From a virus (lineage: Duplodnaviria; Caudoviricetes), in IMG/VR virus record IMGVR_UViG_3300025012_000086, positions 1 to 63,871 of that record: a DNA stretch of 63,871 bases; one strand, written 5' to 3'. Position 1 is the first letter of the stretch, and every line of letters begins with the position of its first letter. Shown here piece by piece: positions 58,208 to 63,871 of the stretch. A model generated the notes under the pieces. That model was given only the letters and a program-made list of their open reading frames with translations, did not search any database and was not told the origin of the DNA. The position numbers and the translations under genes are program-made.

Positions 58208-59293
58208 ATGGCCGCGAGCGAATCGACAAAGGCCAAGGTGGCCGCGCTGCTGCAGCGGGCAGAAGAAAGGAAGACCGGCAAAAGCTCATCCGCCACTGTA
58301 CCACAGCAGACCGCCAGGGAGGCGTACGGAGATTACGTACCGTTGGAGTGGGGCAAATACTATCACTTCAACACCCCCCAGAAGCAGTACCAGGAGAACC
58401 AGGGAATCCTTTCGGTCGAGGCCGACCCACTGGCATTTGATCAAGTTGCGGCAGACAGCCTCGCCGTTGACTTTGATCCGCTATCGCCTGAAGCCTCAAG
58501 GAGGGTTGCGAGCAAGTATAAAAACTACAGCAACATAGCGATGCTCCCAGAAGAGGCTGCGGCGTTCAACGTAAATCTCGATGCGCACAGAGAAGCCGAC
58601 CAGCGGGCATACGATATATTGAAGGGATACCACGGCCAATTTAGGCAATCACTTGACGCCCGTGATTCACAGGAAAAAACTTTATTCAACCAGGCTCTTG
58701 GAGACATAAGCGCGGCTGCGGCAAGCATGAGGCCTGGCTCGGTTAGTATGAATGTGCCGATGGTAAATGTCAGGGTTGTCAGTGGTGGTAGTAATATTGA
58801 GGCTACATATAACGTTCCCCAGGCGGTTGCCGATGCCCTTGCCAAGCAAAAGAATTTATATACCACCCAGACCGACGAGGGTTTCAACGTCGATGTCAGG
58901 ATGAAGGGCGGGGAGAAAATTGGCCAGAAGCTGCACGACGCCTTACGGGACGCAGAGATCCAGACAAGGGAGAAGCTGGCGCAGTCGAAGTCGCAGGCCC
59001 AGGCAGCGGCAGAGGCCGCTGCTGCATCAGCTCGCGAGGATTTCAAGTACGGGCAATACCAAGGGCTTGTCAACGCCATAAACGAGAGTAGGACGCAGCG
59101 AAACATCCAGGTGGCTGCATTCGATCAGGAGTTTACGCAGGGCCTCGACCAGTATAGGCAAATAGGCCAGCAGTGGGGTAGCTACCTTAACGATAAGATT
59201 GTCGATCAGGCAAAAACCAAGGAAAGTACCGGTAAGGCCATTGCCCAGGTAGCTGGCAGCGGCATACTCGGCTATTCATTGAAGAGAGGATAA
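58208..59293 (+). CDS. Putative ejection protein
   Basis: Helical, in ejection cluster. Confidence 0.5.
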   Translation: MAASESTKAKVAALLQRAEERKTGKSSSATVPQQTAREAYGDYVPLEWGKYYHFNTPQKQYQENQGILSVEADPLAFDQVAADSLAVDFDPLSPEASRRVASKYKNYSNIAMLPEEAAAFNVNLDAHREADQRAYDILKGYHGQFRQSLDARDSQEKTLFNQALGDISAAAASMRPGSVSMNVPMVNVRVVSGGSNIEATYNVPQAVADALAKQKNLYTTQTDEGFNVDVRMKGGEKIGQKLHDALRDAEIQTREKLAQSKSQAQAAAEAAAASAREDFKYGQYQGLVNAINESRTQRNIQVAAFDQEFTQGLDQYRQIGQQWGSYLNDKIVDQAKTKESTGKAIAQVAGSGILGYSLKRG

Positions 59294-59294
59294 A

Positions 59295-60065
59295 ATGGCA
59301 CAGGAAATGCAGATGAGTCCCAACGCCGCAGCAGCGAAAGAGGAACCGGGGATGTCGGGACAGTTACGGCCTGGTATTCTGGCTGGCAAGGGTGTTGTTC
59401 CTGAGCCTACCGAAAAGATAGAGGAGATCGATCAGGACATGTCGAGCGCCAAGGAGCAGTTGACCCCGGAGGAAGTGGCTCAGCTTGACGCCTACGCCGA
59501 CAATGCCACCAACCTGATATTCTCCGAGAAGACGCAACCGGCGATACTGCAGCAACTGCAGGCAAGGAAGAATCCGGTGGAGAATGTGGCTTATACCGCA
59601 AATCACGTCCACAAGATCCTGTTCGATGGACTCACGAAAAACGGTGAGAGCATGACCGACAAGACCATGTTTCTGGGAGCAACCCATGTCGTATCAGAGC
59701 TACATCTTCTTGCCGAGGCCGCTGGTCTGTTCACGCTCTCGAACGAAGAGAAGCTGAACGCCTTCCAGTACACCCTGCTCATCTACTTCAAAGAGGGGAT
59801 GGAGAGCGGTAAGATCGACCCGGTGGAGCTTCAGAAGGAACTTGAGCCGTTGATGACCGACGAGCAGCGACAGTACGGCATGATGGCCATGTCGCAAATG
59901 GACGACATTTCCAAGACGGCACCGCCCAGCGGTCAGAGATGGGCAACCCCTGTCGGCAAGATGCAGCCTGGCGCAAAACCCCAGCCTGGACAACAGCAAC
60001 CACAGCCAGCTCAACGGGCTTCGGCTGAGATCCCACCTGGACTTATCGGTCAGGGAGGTATGTAA
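59295..60065 (+). CDS. Virion-associated hypothetical protein
   Basis: Ejection cluster position. Confidence 0.5.
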   Translation: MAQEMQMSPNAAAAKEEPGMSGQLRPGILAGKGVVPEPTEKIEEIDQDMSSAKEQLTPEEVAQLDAYADNATNLIFSEKTQPAILQQLQARKNPVENVAYTANHVHKILFDGLTKNGESMTDKTMFLGATHVVSELHLLAEAAGLFTLSNEEKLNAFQYTLLIYFKEGMESGKIDPVELQKELEPLMTDEQRQYGMMAMSQMDDISKTAPPSGQRWATPVGKMQPGAKPQPGQQQPQPAQRASAEIPPGLIGQGGM

Positions 60066-61096
60066 TGGCTAAAGACTACGCAGCGTGGGCCGGGCTTCTC
60101 GGAGGGGTTGCAGACCTTGGGAAGGATTATCAGAAGCGGCAGCAAGCCCTGGAGGACGAACAATTGCGCGTCACCCAGGAGATGAGGAAGGAACAGGCCA
60201 TGCTTACCAGACAGCAAGCTCTGGCTAAATTCCAGTACGACCTTGGTGCGGACGAGAGGGCAGCTGAGCGTGCCCATAAATTCACCAAAGAAGAGCAGGA
60301 AGCCGAGGACAAGAGGGCTGAGCGTGAGGAGCGCAAGTCTGAACGAGAGGAGCGGTCCAAGCGTGAAGAGCGTCAGGAGAAGAGATCCCAGGAATCCCTT
60401 GATATTCAGCGGAAACAGGCTGATAAACCTGGGGAGCTGGAGCGTAAGCTTGAACAGATCGAGAAGTCTGATCTCTCCCCGGAAGAAAAGGCTACCGCCA
60501 AAAGGAATGCCCTTGGTGCCACAAAGGGGAACCTGACCGAATTCCAGGAGTCGAGGCTTCGCTCCGATCTGGCCAAGCTCGAAGATACCGGGATCGATGA
60601 AACCAATATAGCGCAGGTTAACAGGTTGCGTCAGCAGTTAGGCGAACCACCCCTCTCGAAGAAGGTTAAAACTCCTGCAAAAAAAGGAATATTGGGATTC
60701 GGAAGCCAAGATGAGGAAGTGGAGTTTACAACTGACCAACCCGGTGGTATAGTATCTTCTGGAGGGGGATCAGAAGCCGCCGCTCCTGGACTCGACAAGT
60801 ATCAGTCGATGCTCAAACAGTCTGGCGGTATAGTTGAGATGGCCGGTCCTCCACCGACAGCACCCGCTCCACCCGCAGGCGAAACAGCGATGACGCCAGG
60901 CGAAGAAGGTGGCGGGCCACTCATCGCGCCAGAACAACTGGAGAAACTGGATACAATGACAGTTCCCCAGCTCCAAGCCCTGAAGATGGGACTTCTCGAA
61001 AGCGGTGATAAAGCTGCCATACAGTCAGTAGAGGGACAAGCCCTACTGCAGCGGATCAATCAGTTGATCCAGCAGAAATCACAACTCGTGAGATGA
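60065..61096 (+). CDS. Putative ejection protein
   Basis: GLLGG N-terminus, E/R/K coiled coil. Confidence 0.55.
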   Translation: MAKDYAAWAGLLGGVADLGKDYQKRQQALEDEQLRVTQEMRKEQAMLTRQQALAKFQYDLGADERAAERAHKFTKEEQEAEDKRAEREERKSEREERSKREERQEKRSQESLDIQRKQADKPGELERKLEQIEKSDLSPEEKATAKRNALGATKGNLTEFQESRLRSDLAKLEDTGIDETNIAQVNRLRQQLGEPPLSKKVKTPAKKGILGFGSQDEEVEFTTDQPGGIVSSGGGSEAAAPGLDKYQSMLKQSGGIVEMAGPPPTAPAPPAGETAMTPGEEGGGPLIAPEQLEKLDTMTVPQLQALKMGLLESGDKAAIQSVEGQALLQRINQLIQQKSQLVR

Positions 61097-61099
61097 TCA

Positions 61100-63871
61100 A
61101 TGATCCCATTCGAGCAGATCGAAGGCCTACCTGAATATCAGAGTGCCACCCCGGAACAAAAGCTCTCAGTCCAGAACGAATACGCCAAAGACTTCTGGAC
61201 TGAGGTTTATCAAGACCAGGAATTCCAAGCAGCACCAGAAGAAGAGCGGAACCAGCTGATCAGCACTTTCGACCAGCGTTTCGGCCCAGACGTCCGTGGT
61301 TTTGTAGAGGAACAGATCGAGGGAAGCCGTCGAGGGTTTCTGGCGAATATGTTCGCCCTCGTGAAGTCCGGTGGAAAGGCGACTCTGGCAGCTTCCAGGA
61401 TTGCCGACGACATGGCCAGCGGTGAGCTTGACAGCAATACAGCCTCCATCCTGGCCGAAAGCATCCTTGCCGAACAGAAGAAATATACCCCGGAAGAATT
61501 GCGAGAGCTACAGGAGGCAGTGGTCGAGCCGTCCGAGGAATGGGAGAAGGCCGAGGGCCTTAGCGAGAAAGCCAAGGCCGCATGGGACATGATCAAGGCT
61601 GTTGCCGGTCAGGCTGCTTTCAACCCCAAGGGCATGGCCTATATGACCGCCGAGCAGGCTGGCAACATCGTTCCTGGTATGGCCGGTATGGTTGGCGGTG
61701 CGAAGGCTGGGGCCGGTGTCGGTAGTGTCGTTCCAGGCGTAGGGACAGCCGCTGGCGCGACGATAGGCGGTGTCGTAGGTGGCTTTCTTGGACAGTGGGG
61801 GATCGAGGCTGGATCTGAATTTCGTGGCATGGTGGCACAGGAATTGCAGAGACGAGGCCTGCAGCCAACCGAGGAGAACGTCCTTGAGATACTGGCTGAC
61901 GATAAATTCGTTGAGGAGTCAATCGATAACGCCAGGGATAAGGCCACGGCCACATCCGCCGTAAGCGCAGCAATGAACGTTGCCACCGGCAGGATTGCCT
62001 CCGTCCCTTTCAAGGCAGCGCAAAAAGAGGCCATCGCCAGATTGGGTGCCGATGCTACGGCTGACCAGGTCAGTATGGCCACCAAGGAGATCCTCGCCTC
62101 CAGGACACTGACGCAGCGGGCAGCTACCGGCGCAAAGGCCTACGGAGCACAGGTTGCCGAGGAACCATTATCAGAGGCCGCTGGCCAATATGCCGGATAT
62201 GGCAAGGTTGATCTGGGGGAAGTTGGCCTTGAGACTCTTGGCGGCATAGGTGGATCTGTCGCAGAAACGCCAGCAGCCATCTCTTCATTCGGTGAGGGCG
62301 TCAAGGCTGGCACTCAGCAGCAGGCACCTCCTCCACCCCCTGAACCTATTGATGTAAAACCGGTCGAGCCGGTATCTATTCTGGCCGCAGAGAGCCTTGA
62401 GGAGGCTATAGGCGCTTTCAGGAATTCCCTCAACGTGAACCAGGAGCCAACTCCAGGAGCAGAGCCAATAGCGACGCCGTGGGGAACAACCGCAGAGGAT
62501 TCCGCCAGAGTATTCGAGGAGGCTGGTATCACTCAGGCCGAAGAAGACATAGCGGCGCGTGAGGCCGAAGGCGACATAAGAACAAGGAGACAGGCCGACC
62601 TTGAAGAGGCGTTTGCCGGGGAGTTACAGCCGTCATCTGCGCAGGAATCAGCCGAGGTGTTCGCCGCCTCGCCAGAGACAGGTCTTGAGCAGAAGCTTGG
62701 CCGGGTCGAAGAGGGTGCAAAATTCGCCGGTACTGAATACGCTAAGCCGCCAGTGGCCAAGACCGAGAGGCGTGAAGCTGCGGAGGAGGCATTCACGGAA
62801 GCGCCTGCAGAATTTGCCAGATCGAGCGGTGCCCCATTTTCGAGCGAGAAGGCCCTCAGGACGAGCGCTAAGCAACGCGGGGTGGATCTATCAGGTTACA
62901 ACGTGATCGAGCGACAGGGTGGCTTTGTGGCTACTCCTGTGGCAGCTAAAGAGGAAGACGTTTCGGCGCAGGTAAAAAGGGAGGAGGCTAGGAAGAAGCT
63001 GTTCCCGGAGGAATGGACCCCCAGAGCCGAGAAAGAACTTCAGGACGCCAGGGCTGCAGTCGCTGCAGTAGCCAGGCCCAAAGTCGTCACCGCCCCTAAG
63101 TCAGTTGCTGTCGGCCAGGAAGTTGCAGTGGAGCCAACCGAACCGCAGAAAGAGGCCGGGAATTATAAAAAAGCACATGTCTCTATCGACGGCCTTGATA
63201 TCAGCGTGGAGAATCCGGTAGGCAGTGTTCGTAGTGGAATCAGCAAAGAGGGCGAGCCGTGGTCAACCGAGATGAAGAGCGACTACGGATATGTCCGTGG
63301 AACCAAGGGGTACGACAAGGATCATCTCGACGTATTCATCAAGCCAGGCCATGCTGGCGGAAGCGAGAATGTCTTTGTCGTCAACCAGTATAACCAGGCT
63401 GGGAAATTCGATGAACACAAGGTCGTGCTCGGTGCTCAATCCGAGAGAGAGGCCATGGAGATCTACAACTCCAACTATGCGAAAGGGTGGACTGGCGGAA
63501 AGTCGGTAGTCTCTATGCCGATGGCCGAATTTAAGGAGTGGTCTAAGAGTGGGGGGCCTGCTCGTGGCGCTCTTACACAGGGGGCGGTCAAGACCGAACC
63601 CACCAAGGCCGAGCCGCAGGAGGCTGACGTTGCCGAGATAGTAGAGCAAAAAACTGCAGAGAGAATTGCCACAAAAACCAGGCAATTTGAGGGCAACAAA
63701 GTCTTTACCGCCGACAAGGTGGAGAATGCCAGGAAGAGCCTCAAAGATGCCCGTGGTAGACTGGGCGCCGGGGTTGACCCTGAGCTGCTGGGTCACGTCA
63801 TCACTATCGGTGGGGCTTATTTTGAGCAGGGCGTAAGGGATTTCGCCGAGTGGTCGGGCAAGGTGATCGCC
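61100..63871 (+). CDS. N-terminal part of giant polyvalent protein (924 codons, runs off the end), with InPase domain
   Basis: Not in ORF track; ATG 61100 MIPFEQIEGLPEY..; 63116-63645 encodes AGNYKKAHVSIDGLDISVENPVGSVRSG..W...M..DYGY..GT.G.D.DHLDVF..FDEHK. Confidence 0.85.
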   Translation, partial: MIPFEQIEGLPEYQSATPEQKLSVQNEYAKDFWTEVYQDQEFQAAPEEERNQLISTFDQRFGPDVRGFVEEQIEGSRRGFLANMFALVKSGGKATLAASRIADDMASGELDSNTASILAESILAEQKKYTPEELRELQEAVVEPSEEWEKAEGLSEKAKAAWDMIKAVAGQAAFNPKGMAYMTAEQAGNIVPGMAGMVGGAKAGAGVGSVVPGVGTAAGATIGGVVGGFLGQWGIEAGSEFRGMVAQELQRRGLQPTEENVLEILADDKFVEESIDNARDKATATSAVSAAMNVATGRIASVPFKAAQKEAIARLGADATADQVSMATKEILASRTLTQRAATGAKAYGAQVAEEPLSEAAGQYAGYGKVDLGEVGLETLGGIGGSVAETPAAISSFGEGVKAGTQQQAPPPPPEPIDVKPVEPVSILAAESLEEAIGAFRNSLNVNQEPTPGAEPIATPWGTTAEDSARVFEEAGITQAEEDIAAREAEGDIRTRRQADLEEAFAGELQPSSAQESAEVFAASPETGLEQKLGRVEEGAKFAGTEYAKPPVAKTERREAAEEAFTEAPAEFARSSGAPFSSEKALRTSAKQRGVDLSGYNVIERQGGFVATPVAAKEEDVSAQVKREEARKKLFPEEWTPRAEKELQDARAAVAAVARPKVVTAPKSVAVGQEVAVEPTEPQKEAGNYKKAHVSIDGLDISVENPVGSVRSGISKEGEPWSTEMKSDYGYVRGTKGYDKDHLDVFIKPGHAGGSENVFVVNQYNQAGKFDEHKVVLGAQSEREAMEIYNSNYAKGWTGGKSVVSMPMAEFKEWSKSGGPARGALTQGAVKTEPTKAEPQEADVAEIVEQKTAERIATKTRQFEGNKVFTADKVENARKSLKDARGRLGAGVDPELLGHVITIGGAYFEQGVRDFAEWSGKVIA
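62940..63115 (+). repeat. Flank A, copy 2
   Basis: Diverged repeat of 1-176. Confidence 0.95.
63646..63871 (+). repeat. Flank B, copy 2
   Basis: Repeat of 1295-1520; terminal 99 bp exact. Confidence 0.95.

Noticed and set aside
63263-63796. Antisense ORFs over the InPase cassette as a second immunity gene
   Set aside because: No promoter or SD seen; composition is typical of a shadow frame

Overview
Essentially complete, circularly permuted ~62 kb dsDNA phage genome with podovirus-like organisation. Packaging, head, tail and ejection genes run on the + strand from ~39.0 kb to the right end and continue from 1 to 12.2 kb. They include a PBSX-type TerL, portal, scaffold, N4-gp56-family capsid, nozzle, two paralogous tail fibres, ejection proteins and a giant polyvalent protein split across the window ends. 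A leftward recombination block at 12.2-20.1 kb encodes RuvC-like, ParB-like, SSB, metallophosphoesterase, YqaJ exonuclease, Rad52/Sak-like and NinB-like proteins. It is followed by a helicase and primase, many small accessory genes, a SAM-lyase-like gene, a lysozyme and TerS. No integrase, repressor, DNA polymerase, CRISPR array or complete tRNA was recognised. Four observations stand out. (1) The giant polyvalent gene shows two different in-frame enzyme cassettes (ParB-like + RelA/SpoT-like versus InPase) between the same pair of conserved flanks. (2) The RelA/SpoT cassette contains a nested antisense gene with its own TTGACA-N17-TAAAAT promoter and SD sequence, a candidate built-in antitoxin. 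(3) An accessory ORF carries a copy of the capsid N-terminus plus terminase-like and portal-like motifs, a possible decoy. (4) An exact 54-bp in-frame repeat sits at the module junction of the two tail-fibre genes. All family assignments are by-eye motif recognition; no searches were run.
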